Source of the DNA: Candidatus Multivoradales bacterium | Lineage (GTDB): Bacteria; Acidobacteriota; Thermoanaerobaculia; Multivoradales; J023 | Assembly (NCBI GenBank): GCA_965248925.1 | Contig: CBDFLE010000005.1 | Location: forward strand, 1,888,001 to 1,952,000 | Reading direction: 5' to 3' | DNA: 64,000 nt | In this document: positions 39,430 to 51,620 of the stretch, one piece after another | Layout: the number at the start of each line of letters is the position of its first letter | Position numbering within the stretch: the first letter of the stretch is position 1 | Notes under the pieces: generated by a model | What the model was told of the DNA's origin: nothing | What the model saw: only the letters and a program-made list of their open reading frames with translations | The model's database searches: none | Made by a program: the position numbers and the translations under genes

Positions 39430-41382
39430 ATGAGAATTCGAACGAGTTCAACGTTCCGCTCACCGGGGGTAAGAAATCCCGGCCGGGACATCTTCGCCGC
39501 CCTGATCATTCTGGCCATCATCGCCGCCCCGCAGGCGGCCCAGGCCAAGGAAAAGAAAGCGAAGATGGGAGGAGCCCAGCAGCCGAACATACTGGTTATC
39601 ATGGGCGACGACATCGGCTGGTTCAACCTCTCGGTCTACAACCACGGCATGATGGGCTACACGACCCCGAACCTGGACCGCCTAGCCCGAGAGGGCGGGA
39701 TGTTCACCGATGCCTACGCCGAGCAGAGCTGCACCGCCGGCCGCGCCGCTTTCATCACCGGCCAGCATGGACTGCGCACTGGTATGACCAAAGTCGGGTT
39801 GCCAGGCGTACCCTTCGGCCTCAATCACGACGATCCCACTATCGCGGAGATGCTCAAGTCCCTCGGCTACACCACAGGCCAATTCGGCAAGAACCACCTC
39901 GGCGACACCAACGACACTCTGCCAACCACCCACGGCTTCGACGAATTCTTCGGCAATCTCTACCATCTTAACGCCGAGCAGGAGCCCGAGCATCCCGACT
40001 ACCCCGACAGCGAGGAGTTTCGTCGTTTGTTCGGGCCACGCGGCGTGATGCACTCCTTCGCCAGAGACAACAAACCCCCGCTTGGCAGCAGTGTCTACGA
40101 AGAAGGCAAGGTCATCGAGACAGACGAGTATGGCTCGATAGACGGCCAAGTGATCGTCGACACCGGCCCGCTGACGATTCAGCGGATGAAAACCATCGAT
40201 GGAGCCGTCACCCGGGAAGCGATCCGTTTCATGTCCGCGGCAGCCAAAGAAGGAACGCCCTTCTTCACCTGGTGGGCGGCGACCCGGATGCACGTCTGGA
40301 CCCACTTGAAAGAGCCGGAACCAGACTACGACTACGCCTCTTCCGAGGTCCCCGAGGTCGACCGGAAATGCTACGCCGCAGGGGAATATACGACCGATGA
40401 GCTGTGCAACCTGGGCCTGGCCGAGGACTATTACGCGGAAGGTAAGACCGGGCTCGGAGTCCATGTGGACGGCATGGTCGAGCACGACATGTATATCGGA
40501 GCGCTGCTCGATTTCCTCGACGAGAGCAGCCTCGACGAGAACACCATTGTGTTTTACACTTCCGACAACGGCGCTGAGACCTTCACCTGGCCGGATGGTG
40601 GTACCACCCCTTTCCGTTCGGAAAAGGCTACCAACTGGGAAGGCGGCTACCGCGTACCGCTGCTCGTCCGTTGGCCCGGCGTGATCAAGGGCGGCTGGGT
40701 CTCAAACGATGTCATCTCGTTGCTGGACTGGGCTCCGACGCTGGTTTCCGCGGCCAGTGAAGCCGCCGGGGATCGCATCGATATCAAGGAGCTGCTGAAG
40801 GGCGACGGCGGCTACTCACTCAACGACCATCACGACCCCTACTACGTCCATCTCGATGGCTATGACTTTCTCGACTACTTCCGCTGCGCCAATGGTTTCG
40901 GCCCACAGAATGTGGCTTGTGAATCACCCCGCAAGGAGTTCATCTATGCCAATGACGACGGCTTCGTGACCGGTATCCGGGTCGGCACCTGGAAGGCCCA
41001 ATTCTACGAGCAGCGTCAACAGGGGGGCTTCAACGTCTGGCAGGAGCCCTTCACCCGTTTGCGGTTGGCGAAGCTCTTCAATCTGCGAACCGACCCCTTC
41101 GAAAGGGCCGATTGGGAGGCTAGCGACTACGATCATTGGCGTTTCGACCGTGCTTTCGTGCTCGCGCCGGCACAGGTCGCGACCTATACCTTCCTGCAGT
41201 CCTTCCAGGACTTCCCGCCGCGGCAGGCACCCCCTAGCTTCAGCGTCGACGAAGATGTCAGGGGCATCATCGAAAAATGTGGAACGCCTGGCAACCCTCC
41301 GGACGAGGCAGGGAATTGCTTTGATTTCGGGCAGACTACTGCGGGTGAGTTTGCTTTCCCGACGGCGGGCGGCAGCAGCTGA
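39430..41382 (+). CDS. secreted arylsulfatase (formylglycine-dependent, Cys type)
   Basis: PNILVIMGDD, SCTAGRAAFITG, GKNHLG, TSDNG. Confidence 0.95.
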   Translation: MRIRTSSTFRSPGVRNPGRDIFAALIILAIIAAPQAAQAKEKKAKMGGAQQPNILVIMGDDIGWFNLSVYNHGMMGYTTPNLDRLAREGGMFTDAYAEQSCTAGRAAFITGQHGLRTGMTKVGLPGVPFGLNHDDPTIAEMLKSLGYTTGQFGKNHLGDTNDTLPTTHGFDEFFGNLYHLNAEQEPEHPDYPDSEEFRRLFGPRGVMHSFARDNKPPLGSSVYEEGKVIETDEYGSIDGQVIVDTGPLTIQRMKTIDGAVTREAIRFMSAAAKEGTPFFTWWAATRMHVWTHLKEPEPDYDYASSEVPEVDRKCYAAGEYTTDELCNLGLAEDYYAEGKTGLGVHVDGMVEHDMYIGALLDFLDESSLDENTIVFYTSDNGAETFTWPDGGTTPFRSEKATNWEGGYRVPLLVRWPGVIKGGWVSNDVISLLDWAPTLVSAASEAAGDRIDIKELLKGDGGYSLNDHHDPYYVHLDGYDFLDYFRCANGFGPQNVACESPRKEFIYANDDGFVTGIRVGTWKAQFYEQRQQGGFNVWQEPFTRLRLAKLFNLRTDPFERADWEASDYDHWRFDRAFVLAPAQVATYTFLQSFQDFPPRQAPPSFSVDEDVRGIIEKCGTPGNPPDEAGNCFDFGQTTAGEFAFPTAGGSS

Positions 41383-41487
41383 TAGGTTACTCAGCAGCGC
41401 GCCGGACCAATTCCGCGAGGGGCTGCCGGCGCGTTTCCGTCTTTTCTTAATGTTTGATCTATTGCGCAAGACACAGAGACGCTGGCG

Positions 41488-43773
41488 ATGACCCGACGAA
41501 AGAGACCTCTTCTCCGATACATGGTAGTCGCCGGTCTGGTGGCCGGACCCGGCTCGTCCCTGGCGGCGGCAAACCGGGTCCCGGCCTACCTGACCTCCGC
41601 CAGCTGCGCCGAGTGCCACTCCCAAGCCTACAATGCCTGGTCCGACTCGCACCATGGTTGGGCCTGGCGGCCGGCAACGGCCGAGAACGTCCTCGGCGAT
41701 TTCTCCGCCGCCACGTTCGAGCACCGCGGCGTTCGCAGCCACTTCTCCAAGCGCGACGGGCGCTACTTCGTGCAGACCGGTGGCCCCGATGGCCAGCCAA
41801 CGACCTACGAGATCGCCGGCACCGTGGGCGTCACTCCGCTCCAGCAATACCTGGTTAAACTCGACGATGGCCGCCTGCAAGCCCTCGACATCGTCTGGGA
41901 CACCGAGGAGGGCCGGTGGTATCACCTGTACCCTGATCAAGCGCTGGAGCACGATCCAGGGCTCCACTGGACGGGCCCTTACCGCAACTGGAACTCGCGC
42001 TGCGTCAGCTGCCACGTCACCGGTTTCGTTAAGGGCTATGAGCCTGAGTCCGATCGCTATCAGAGTTCGTGGAGCGAGATGGGGGTCGGCTGCGAGGCCT
42101 GCCACGGCCCCGGCGAAGCCCACCTCGTCTGGGCCCGACAGGAAGAGACCCAGCGCCCCGGTTCAGCGTTGCTCGAATCCTTTGCTGGGGTCAACGCGAT
42201 GGGGTTCACGGTGAGCCTGGCAGCCACTGACCCCGAGGCCGAGATTCAGAGGTGCGCCGGCTGCCACTCGCGAAGGGAATCGTTGGCCGCCGACAGCGCG
42301 CCGCCAGGAGAGCCCTTTGCCGACCATTTCCGACTCGCCCTACTGCGCCAAGGGCTCTACCACGCCGATGGGCAGATCCAGGACGAGGTCTACGTCTACG
42401 GCTCGTTCTTACAAAGCAAGATGCACGCCCGTGGTGTTAGCTGCGGTGACTGTCACCAGCCTCACAATGCCGAACTCGATGTGGTGGGGAATGGCGTATG
42501 CACCCAATGCCACAATCCGCAGGGCAGGAAGGACTTCCCCACCCTGCGACTGGCGGAGTACGACTCACCACTCCACCACCACCACAGCCCCGGTAGCGAA
42601 GCCGCGCAATGCGTCAACTGTCACATGCCGGAGCAGACCTATATGGGGGTCGATCCACGCCGCGACCACAGCTTTCGCGTGCCCCGGCCTGACCTCACCG
42701 TCACAACCGGAGTGCCGAACGTCTGCACCAGCTGCCACGCGGATCAATCCGCCGAGTGGGCGCAAGCGCGCGTCGCGGGCTGGTTCCCACAAGGCCACCA
42801 ATTGCGGCCCCACTATGGCGAGGTTTTTCACGCCGCTCGCCAGGAGTTGAATGAGGTAACGGCCCAGAGTCTGGTCGATCTGGCGATGGACGTTGCCCAA
42901 CCTACGATCGTCCGCGCCTCAGCTCTGGAGTTCCTGGCGCCAGTGGCCACGCCGCCGATCGTCGGTTCGACCTTGCCGTTGTTGACCGACCCGAGTCCGC
43001 TGCTGCGGTCGACCGCCCTCGGCCTGTTCGCCGCCGCGCCGGCTGCCGTGCGAACCCGACATGGCGGCCCGCTGCTCGACGATCCGCTGCGCGCGGTGCG
43101 CATCGCCGCCGCCCGCCAGGTGTTGGACATCAAGACCGATAACTTGAGCCAAACCGATCGGGCAGTCGTCGAGAACGCTGTCGCTGAATACCATGCCTCG
43201 CTGTCGGCCCATGCCGATTTTCCCGAGGTGCAGCTCAATCTCGCACGCTTCGCTGCTACCCTGGGTCAGCAGAACATGGCGCAACGCGCCCTTGAAACCG
43301 CGCTCGCGCTCGACCCGAAACTGGCCGAGGCCTGGTTGCGTCTGGCACTGATGGAGGTCGATGAGCAGCGCTTCAAAGACGCCAAGAAAACCTTGCAGCG
43401 CGCCCTCGCCGAGGTGCCGAGCCACGGTGCTCTCCAGCAATTGTTCGGCCGGGTCCTGGCGCGGTTGGGCGACCAGGCCGCGGCGACTGCCGCTTTCGCG
43501 ACAGCGCTCTCCGAACTGCCCGACGAACTGGAAATCCGCGTCGAGTACGTGTCACTGCTCAGCAACCTCGGCCGACACGCCGAGGCCCTCGAAACACTCG
43601 CACAAGCGGATCAAACCGCGCAAGTCGATCCGCAGATGCTCTATCTTCTGGCCTACAACCATGCTCGGGTGAACGACATGGAAAGAGCCCGTCACTTTGC
43701 GCGAGAGCTTTCGCGCCGACATCCCGAGAGCCCGCTAAACCAGAACCTCCAGTCGGTCCTGGGTCAGCACTGA
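41488..43773 (+). CDS. octaheme c-type cytochrome with HEAT and TPR repeats
   Basis: 8 CxxCH motifs (CAECH, CVSCH, CEACH, CAGCH, CGDCH, CTQCH, CVNCH, CTSCH). Confidence 0.9.
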   Translation: MTRRKRPLLRYMVVAGLVAGPGSSLAAANRVPAYLTSASCAECHSQAYNAWSDSHHGWAWRPATAENVLGDFSAATFEHRGVRSHFSKRDGRYFVQTGGPDGQPTTYEIAGTVGVTPLQQYLVKLDDGRLQALDIVWDTEEGRWYHLYPDQALEHDPGLHWTGPYRNWNSRCVSCHVTGFVKGYEPESDRYQSSWSEMGVGCEACHGPGEAHLVWARQEETQRPGSALLESFAGVNAMGFTVSLAATDPEAEIQRCAGCHSRRESLAADSAPPGEPFADHFRLALLRQGLYHADGQIQDEVYVYGSFLQSKMHARGVSCGDCHQPHNAELDVVGNGVCTQCHNPQGRKDFPTLRLAEYDSPLHHHHSPGSEAAQCVNCHMPEQTYMGVDPRRDHSFRVPRPDLTVTTGVPNVCTSCHADQSAEWAQARVAGWFPQGHQLRPHYGEVFHAARQELNEVTAQSLVDLAMDVAQPTIVRASALEFLAPVATPPIVGSTLPLLTDPSPLLRSTALGLFAAAPAAVRTRHGGPLLDDPLRAVRIAAARQVLDIKTDNLSQTDRAVVENAVAEYHASLSAHADFPEVQLNLARFAATLGQQNMAQRALETALALDPKLAEAWLRLALMEVDEQRFKDAKKTLQRALAEVPSHGALQQLFGRVLARLGDQAAATAAFATALSELPDELEIRVEYVSLLSNLGRHAEALETLAQADQTAQVDPQMLYLLAYNHARVNDMERARHFARELSRRHPESPLNQNLQSVLGQH

Positions 43774-43831
43774 TCAAGACCAATAGGCTGGAACAAATTC
43801 GGCAAAAGTCAACGGCACTAAGGAGTTCACG

Positions 43832-45004
43832 ATGAAACAAATCGCATGCATTCTCGCCCTCGCCCTGATGTCCTGTTCGGCCACCGAGCGCCCCGATTCC
43901 GAGACTACGACAATCCCGGCCTCAGGGCCTGCGTCGACGTTACCCGCGGTCGCGTGGCCGGGGCATCTGCCGATCTACGACCACATTGTGATTGTCATCG
44001 AAGAAAACAAGGATTGGTCAGAAATCATCGACAATGCGGACGCGCCGCACATCAACATGATGAAAGACAATGGAGCTCTCTTCACCAAAAGTTTCGGCCT
44101 TGAACACCATAGTCAAGGCAACTACTACTGGCTCTTCTCAGGCAGCAACCAGGATGTTGGTTTCAACGATAAGGTTCCGGCAACCTGCGATGATGAACCA
44201 CCCTTTGACTGTACCGACAACTATCCTTTCGACGGATCCAATCTAGGCCAACAGCTGATCGCCAACAATCTCTCTTTCAAAGGCTATTCCGAAAACCTCC
44301 CCGCCATCGGATCTACAGTGGATCATACCACTGAATTTATCGAGGCCGACGGAACAACCAGGAAGGTCTACGCGCGAAAGCATGTGCCTTGGATCAGCTT
44401 CTCCAACGTACCTAACACCGAAGACGCAGACACTTCATCCAATCTAAGATTCGCGAACTTCCCCACTGACTTCAAACATCTTCCTACGGTTTCTTTCGTT
44501 ATTCCAGATCTTCAGAATGACATGCACAACATCCGTAAGGAGGACGATCCCACGTTGTCTTACTGCAACGGCAAGGGTAGTGTCTGTGCCGGCGACACAT
44601 GGCTGCGTGACAACCTCGGCGACTACTATGATTGGGTCCAAGATGACAAGAACAATAGCCTGCTGATCTTCACGTTTGACGAGAACACCGGGTTTCAGGC
44701 CGGTTTGACCGAACCCGGCCTCACGATCCCGGATGGGGAGACTTGCGAAGAAGAGCAGGATCCCGACAACCGGGTCAAAAAGACAGCTTGCGGAGAACAA
44801 AACCGCGTCGTTACGATCTTCACCGGAGCACGCATCGAACCGTTTCAGTACGACGAGGGCAATGGCATCACCCACGTCAATATCCTGCGCACCATCGAGA
44901 GCATGTACGGTTTGCCCAAGTCGGGTGCCCAGTCGCAGCCCGCCGTCGATGCAGGAATCACGGACGACTTCATCATCATCGACGTGTTCCGGCCGGCGCG
45001 GTAG
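43832..45004 (+). CDS. phosphoesterase / acid phosphatase family lipoprotein
   Basis: Lipobox LMSC, HIVIVIEEN, SQGNYYWLFSG, YARKHVPW, NDMH, FTFDE. Confidence 0.88.
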   Translation: MKQIACILALALMSCSATERPDSETTTIPASGPASTLPAVAWPGHLPIYDHIVIVIEENKDWSEIIDNADAPHINMMKDNGALFTKSFGLEHHSQGNYYWLFSGSNQDVGFNDKVPATCDDEPPFDCTDNYPFDGSNLGQQLIANNLSFKGYSENLPAIGSTVDHTTEFIEADGTTRKVYARKHVPWISFSNVPNTEDADTSSNLRFANFPTDFKHLPTVSFVIPDLQNDMHNIRKEDDPTLSYCNGKGSVCAGDTWLRDNLGDYYDWVQDDKNNSLLIFTFDENTGFQAGLTEPGLTIPDGETCEEEQDPDNRVKKTACGEQNRVVTIFTGARIEPFQYDEGNGITHVNILRTIESMYGLPKSGAQSQPAVDAGITDDFIIIDVFRPAR

Positions 45005-45079
45005 CTCGCCGATCACCACTAGGACTCACTCGACACAATTGGGAGAGTAGAGATTCTTGATTGCCGGCCGGGCCCAGCG

Positions 45080-48000
45080 TCAAGCTCCCGGACGCGCGAT
45101 TTCGAGCTTCTTCATCCGGTTGCGCAAAGTCGGCGGGGTCAACCCTAGCCGTTCTGCGGCGTTGCCAAGACCTTTGACTTTCCAGCCGCACTCCTCGAGG
45201 ACTCTGCGGACATGGCTACGCTCCAGATCGATCAGGCGCTCGGGATTCGCCCAGGGTGTTTTTCCCACGCCGAAGGTCTCCTCCAAGAACAGGGAGTCGC
45301 CCGGCGACAGAATCAGCGCCCGCTCGACTACGTTCTCGAGTTCCCGGACGTTGCCTGGCCAGGCATAGGCGGCGAGGCGCTCCATCACCAACTGTGGAAT
45401 CCTCTCGATCGCCTTACCCAGCTTGGCCTGTTTGCAGTTGACGAAATAGTGCACCAGCAACGGCAGGTCACCGTGGCGCTCCCTGAGCGGCGGTAATTCG
45501 ACGGGAAAAACCGTCACGCGGTAGTAGAGGTCGGAGCGAAAAGTCCCTTCCGCCATCGCCTGCTGGAGATCTCGGTTGGTGGCGGCGATGATCCGCACGT
45601 CGACCTTGATCGTCTTGACTCCGCCCAACCGTTCGAATTCCCCTTCTTGCAGCACCCGCAGTAGCTTGGCCTGGACTTCCAGCGATAGATCGCCGATCTC
45701 GTCGAGAAAGAGGGTGCCGGCGTCGGCCAGTTCGAAGCGGCCCGCCCGACGATTCACCGCGCCGGTATAGGCTCCCTTCTCGTGACCAAAGAGTTCGCTC
45801 TCGATCAAGGTGGTCGGCAGAGCGGCGCAGTTGACCTTGACCAACGGACGGTCGCGACGTGGGCTGAGCCGGTGGAGAGCTCTAGCGATGAGTTCCTTGC
45901 CGGTGCCAGTCTCACCCAGAATCAACACCGTGGCATCGGTGGCTGCGACCTGCTCAACCTTGAACAGCACTTTTCGCATCGCCTCACTTTCGCCGACGAT
46001 CTCTTCGAAATGGCTGCTGATCTCCTCTTGTAGATAGACGTTCTCAGCCTCCAAGCGATTCTTCAGGACCGCCAACTCGCCCTCGGCGTGGCGCCGGGTC
46101 TCGACTTCTTGCTGCAGGCTGTGATGAAGCCGGGCATTCTGCAGCGCCGCTGCTGCTCGCGACGCCAGCAGCAGCACCGTCGTCGAGCGCTGGGAGGAAA
46201 AGACATCCGGACTGCGGTCGTTCTCGAGATAAACAATCTCCACCACCTGGCCCCGATGCAGCAGCGGAAAACAGTGCAGCGAGCGAGGCTGCGCACGCTG
46301 CATGTAGGGGTCCGAAGCAAAGCGGGGGTCGCTCGTGGCCTCGCCGAGACACACCGCCTCTCGCGTGCGGGTGACAAAGCGGACCACCGCCGCGGAGATC
46401 TCCGAGTAATCCTCGAGCACCAGGTTCTCCATCAAGTCGACCTCGCCATCGGCGCCGCTCGCTTCGATGACGATCTGCTCTCCGTCCTGCCGCAGCAAGA
46501 ATCCGCGCCGAGCGCCCGCATTTTGCAGCAGCAGGGTCATCAGGCGGCGCAGGAGTCTGGCCAAGTCGAGTTCATTCGAAAGCGCGCTCTCGGCGCGCTC
46601 AAGACTGGTCAGATCGAGCGGACTGGCGCCGTCGCCCGGTGCCGACAAAAGGTCTGGATAGCTCTCGAACAGCTGATCGACTTTGGCGCGAGCGCCCCAG
46701 CGGCCATAAACCGCGACTGCCGCCCGCAGATAAGCCCCGGCAGCGCGCTGCTGCTCGATCTCCAAGCAGAACTCGCCGGCGAGTTCGCGGGCCAGAGCTT
46801 CCTCGTGGGGAAAGCCACTCAGCCGAGCGCCCTCGATCGCTCGCTCGAAAAGCGCCAGCACCACGTCAGCCGCACCGGCGGAGCGCTGCCGGTGCGCTAT
46901 CACCAGATCCAATCGGTGCTGATAGATCTCCGGCGCGGCTTGAGCCTGGCGCTCGAGCCGCGCATAACAGGCGCTGACCTCGGACTCTTCCACGGCACCT
47001 TGGTCAATACCTCCGGTCGCTGCGAGGCTATCCCAGAAGATCAGGCAGCGGTAGAAGTCGAAGGGAAAGAGCGGCAACATGCCGTTGAGCATCGCCAGCG
47101 ACTCGCGCGCCGCACGCGCCGCCGCGACGTGTTGGCGCAGCATAAAGCGCACCATCATCTCCGGCCCGATAGCCCGCAGGCGCACGCTCGCCACGGCTCC
47201 CGGAGGGATATCGGCGGTGTCGATCGCCTGCTCGACCGTGCACCGGCCGAGCAACACGCCGGCGAGCCGGGCCACCCCTTCGATGGCGTTCGCCATCATC
47301 AGCTGACCGAAACCCTGGACTTTGGCGTGATGCTCAAGAGCCAACGCCTCGACCTCTGCCAATTCGCTGGTGCCAAGGAGGCTGGCGATCGACATTTGCA
47401 ACCCACACGCACTTGCCAAGTGAAGATCGCCGGATTCGAGATTGCGGCGGAAATGTTCGGTGAAACGCTGCTGGAGAACGTCGGGATGCAAGGTCCTCCC
47501 GCCGACCAACAGGTCGAAAATCATCCGGCAGCTGTTTTCCTGGCTTTTCCCTTCTGGACGGTCCGCAAGCGCCAGTCCGAACTCACCAACACGGCGCCCG
47601 GCCGCGATGTCCTCCAGCTCGCCGCAGTACACCTCGCTCATCAGGGTATAGGCCAGCGGCGAGGACGGACCGAGGCCGTGAATGGCGGTGAGGTCCACCA
47701 GCCGACAAGTCGCCAACCGGAGGAGGGGGATCCGGGTCCATGCCGCCATGAGCACAGTCCGCGCCAGGAGCCTTGATACGGCGATCAGTGCGGGGTCCCG
47801 AAGAGTCGGCAGCTGGCCAACGCCGCCTTCTTTTACCGCCGCCAGCACCGATTCAACCCCTCGGTCAGCGGCCTCCACCGCGGTCGTGAGATCCGCGGAT
47901 TCGGGTTGCATCGGGATCTCCACCCCGAGGCGCCCGACGATGTCGAGCGAAAGGCGGATCGCCTCTTCCTCCTCACGCCGGGCGTAGAGCATGTAGATCC

Positions 48001-50553
48001 GAGCCTCGTGGGCCGGCACCGCGTCGAGCAGGCTGGAAGCATTGCGGCATAGGGCCTCTGCCAGGCACTCAGCGGCCTCGAAGTCCCCGGCCAGCGAAGC
48101 CGCTTCGGCGGCCTCCACATGCAGGGACCGGTTGAGCTCGTAATCCGCGCGCCAGGAAGCGGCGCGGCTAACGGTGGCGGTCTCGGCCAGCAACATTTCA
48201 AGGGCCCGGTTGAAATAGGCCGAGGCCGTCGAAAAGGCACCTGAAGCCCTGGCCTGGCGGCCGGCTTCCGTGTTGAGCCAGCTCAATTCCCGGCGCTCCT
48301 CCGGTTCCGTGATCAAGTGAGCCGCTTGATTGAGGTGGTCAGCAACCGCAAAGAGATCGTAGCGGCTCACTTCGCGCCGATCCCGCAGCAGACGCCCTAT
48401 CCGCAGGTGGAGGTTGACCCGCTCCTGCGGCTGGAGAAGATGGTAGGCACCTTCCCGCACCCGGTCGTGAACGAACGCATAGCGTCGACTCTTGCCCTTT
48501 GGCTGCCCCCATGGGGAGGCGTCGGCGTGGACAAAAAACCCTTGCCGACAAGCTTCGACCAGGATCCCTTCGGTCTGTCTCTCTCCCGGCACGGTGTTGC
48601 CGAAGCATCGCCACCGCAGACCGCGGCCAGGGTCTCCACGTCGACCTCTTTGCCGAGCATCGACGCCACCGCCACCGCCCGGCGTGCGGCGCTGGGGAGT
48701 TCGGTGAGCCGGTGAGCGATCAGCTCGATGACGTTCTCCGTCGCCTCGAGCTTGGTGATCTGACCCAGGTCCCAGGTCCAGCGAGCTGAAGGCAGAAAGC
48801 TATCCGATGATTCGCTGACGGTAAAACGCAGCAGGCCGCGCCGGTGGAGAGTGCTGAGGAAAGTGTGAGCGAAAAAAGGATTGCCGGCGGTCTTGCGGTA
48901 AACCAGCCTGGCCAGGGGCGCCACCTCCGACGACTCCAGGTGCAAAGTCTCGCTGACCAACCTGGAAAGCGCCGCCTCGGTCAGCGGCGGCAGCCTCAGG
49001 GAGTCGATGTCGACGCCCTGCTCGGAGATGTGTTCCAATGTATGAGCCAGCAAGTGGTCTTGGTCGACCTCGCTGTCGCGGTAGGCCCCCAACAACAGGA
49101 AAGCTCCTCTCTCGCCGGTCACCAAACTTGCCATGAGTGCCAAGCTAGCCGGGTCGATCCAATGCAGATCGTCGAGAAAGATCACCAGCGGCGTACTGTC
49201 CTTCACCGCCACGAGCGACGCCAAGAAACTACAAATGCTGACGTGGAAACGGTTCATGGCGTTTGCCGGTGCCGCTTCGAGCACCGGCGGCGGCTCCCCG
49301 ACCAGGCTGAGGAGTTCGGGCAGGGCCTCGGTCACTACGCCGAAGTTGCTGCCCAATTCCGCCTCCAGGAGCCGCCCCCAGCTGGCAGCCTGCTGCGGGT
49401 TGGCGCCGAGCCGCTGCTCCACCAAACTTCGCAGGGCGGTGAGGATCCCGGCGTAAGGCATCGCTCGCGAGTTGGGGTCGAACGTGCCGCTGGCGAACAG
49501 CCCCCCCCGCCGTATCACCGAGCAACGGATTTCCTCGACCAGGGAGGTCTTGCCAACCCCGGAGTAGCCCGCCACCAACCGCACCGACCCACGTCCCGCA
49601 GCGGCGGCGGCCAGTGCCTGTTCCAACCAGTCCAGCTCCACTTCCCGGCCGAACAGCCCTTGGGGTAGCTCGAAGCGCTCCGCCACGTCGCGCTCACCGA
49701 GCTCGAAGGGGCGGATCTCACCACCGTCCGCCAGCTTGGCAAGGCAACGCTCGAGATCATAGAGCAGGCCCAGGCCGCTCTGGTAGCGCTCCTCCGCGGC
49801 CCTGGCCAGCAGCTTGCCGACGATCGCCGAGACCACGGTCGGGATGGCGGACCGGTAGGCGCGAGGATCGGGCGCGTCGACGGCGATGTGGGCGTGGACC
49901 AGGGCCATCCTATCGGTGGCCTCAAAGGGAAGCCGGCCGGTCAGCATCTCGAATAATACGACACCGAGGGAGTAGAGATCGGCACGGTAGTCGAGCTGCC
50001 GATTGATACGCCCGGTGGCCTCCGGCGCCAAGTAGGTAGGATCCCCCTCCAGCCGGTTCGGGGGACGGAGCCGCCACGCTTCTCGCCCTACCTGGCTGGC
50101 GCGCCCCAGACCGGTGAGGAGCACTTGCCCCGTTTCTTCGTCGTAGAAGACGTTGGCGGGCCGCAGATCCCGGTGCATCAGGTCGCGCCGGTGAAGCGCG
50201 CTCAAGGTGCTGGCCAGTTGGGCACCTATCTTGAGCGCGGAGTTCAGTGGCAGCGCACAGCCATGCCGACTCAAGAAGTGTTCTAGGGGGGCGCCGGGAA
50301 CGCTAGCAAGCACTAACACCGCCGAACCGTTCTTGCCGATGAGATCGAGGACAGCGATCACCCCGTCGACATTGATATCGCGACAGACCTCGAATTCATG
50401 TTCGAGCAAGGCTCTAGCGTTGCTAGTCGAGCCGGAGCCGTTCCCCGAGGCCTTCAACAGCACGCGCCGCCCGTCGGACGTGCGCCGCGCTCGCCAGAAG
50501 CAGTGAGCGCCACCACCGATCTCCTCACTGACTTCGAACCCCTCAAAGTCCAT
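45080..50553 (-). pseudogene. Ser/Thr kinase-AAA ATPase-GAF-sigma54 activator-Fis HTH fusion, frameshifted near 48580
   Basis: HRDLRPAN, GYSGVGKT, FLDDLHW in first ORF; [31 protein letters not shown] in second; removing one GA from (GA)4 at 48578-48585 fuses them. Confidence 0.85.
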
Positions 50554-50747
50554 TCCCCACCTCCCACGGTGCATTGCTGAGATGTCTTATCCTAGCAAAA
50601 GCACAGAAATTCTGCCTACCTCGTAATTCCTCCCCAATTGCACTGAGGGCAGCGACGAGAGCGGGTGTCGTAGCCGCTGCACGGCTTGCCACACTCAGGA
50701 CGGGGTGGCGCTTCTCTCCGTTGATCAGATGCACCAAAAACTCACCC

Positions 50748-51620
50748 TCACCCAAGGCCAGCCGCCAACACGCCGACCCGCACCGGCTGGTTGTGCTCGT
50801 CGACCCGGATCGCGCCGGTGCCGTAGAGCACTTTGAGATTGGCCAGTGGGTTCTCTGCCACGACGACCAGGTCAGCCAGCTTGCCGGGCTCGACCGAGCC
50901 GATCTCGGCCACCCGGCCAAGCGCCTCGGCGCCGAGGAAAGTCGCCGAGCGCAGCACCTCAAGGGGGTGGAAACCTGCTTCGCGCAGCAGTTCGAGTTCG
51001 CGGATGTAGCCGAAGCCGTAAAGCTTGTAGATAAAACCGCTGTCGGGGCCGGCGGTGACCCGGCCGCCACGGTTCTTGTACTCATTGAGAAACACCATCC
51101 AACGACGGAAGTTGTCGCGCCAGGCGACCTCGTCTTCGGTCGACCAGTCGAACCAGTAGGAACCGTGCGGCTTACGGCTCGGGCGGTAGAAGTCCCACAG
51201 CGACGGCAGGGTGTACTCCTCGTGCCATTCGGCGCGGCGGGCGCGCATCAGGTCGCGGCTGGCTTCGTAGATGGTCAGGGTCGGGTCGAGGGTGAAGTCG
51301 AGTTCTAGCAACTCCTCCATCACCGCTTCCCAGCGGGCGCTGCCGGGGCCCACAGCCAGCCGGCCGCGCCAAAGCGGTGCTGCTCGTTAGTTGTAGTTGT
51401 AGTCGAGCGGGTAGTCCTGGATCACCCGATCGTCAAACAATGCCTCGGGCAGGCCATACCAATGCTCCATCGAGGTCAATCCCCAGCGCGCGGTGCCGGG
51501 CACATTGACCCGGGTGACCGCCAGCTGGGCATGGTGGCAGGCGGTTCTCAGGCCGCGGGCGGTGGCCTCCTCGATCGCCGCTTGCATGATGTCGGGCCGA
51601 TAGCCGCAGAACTTCAGCCC
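50748..51620 (-). pseudogene. degraded amidohydrolase fragment
   Basis: TSMEHWYG, DSGFIYKLYGF, GSVEPGKLADLVV; stop/frameshifts near 51350-51390; N-terminus missing. Confidence 0.78.
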
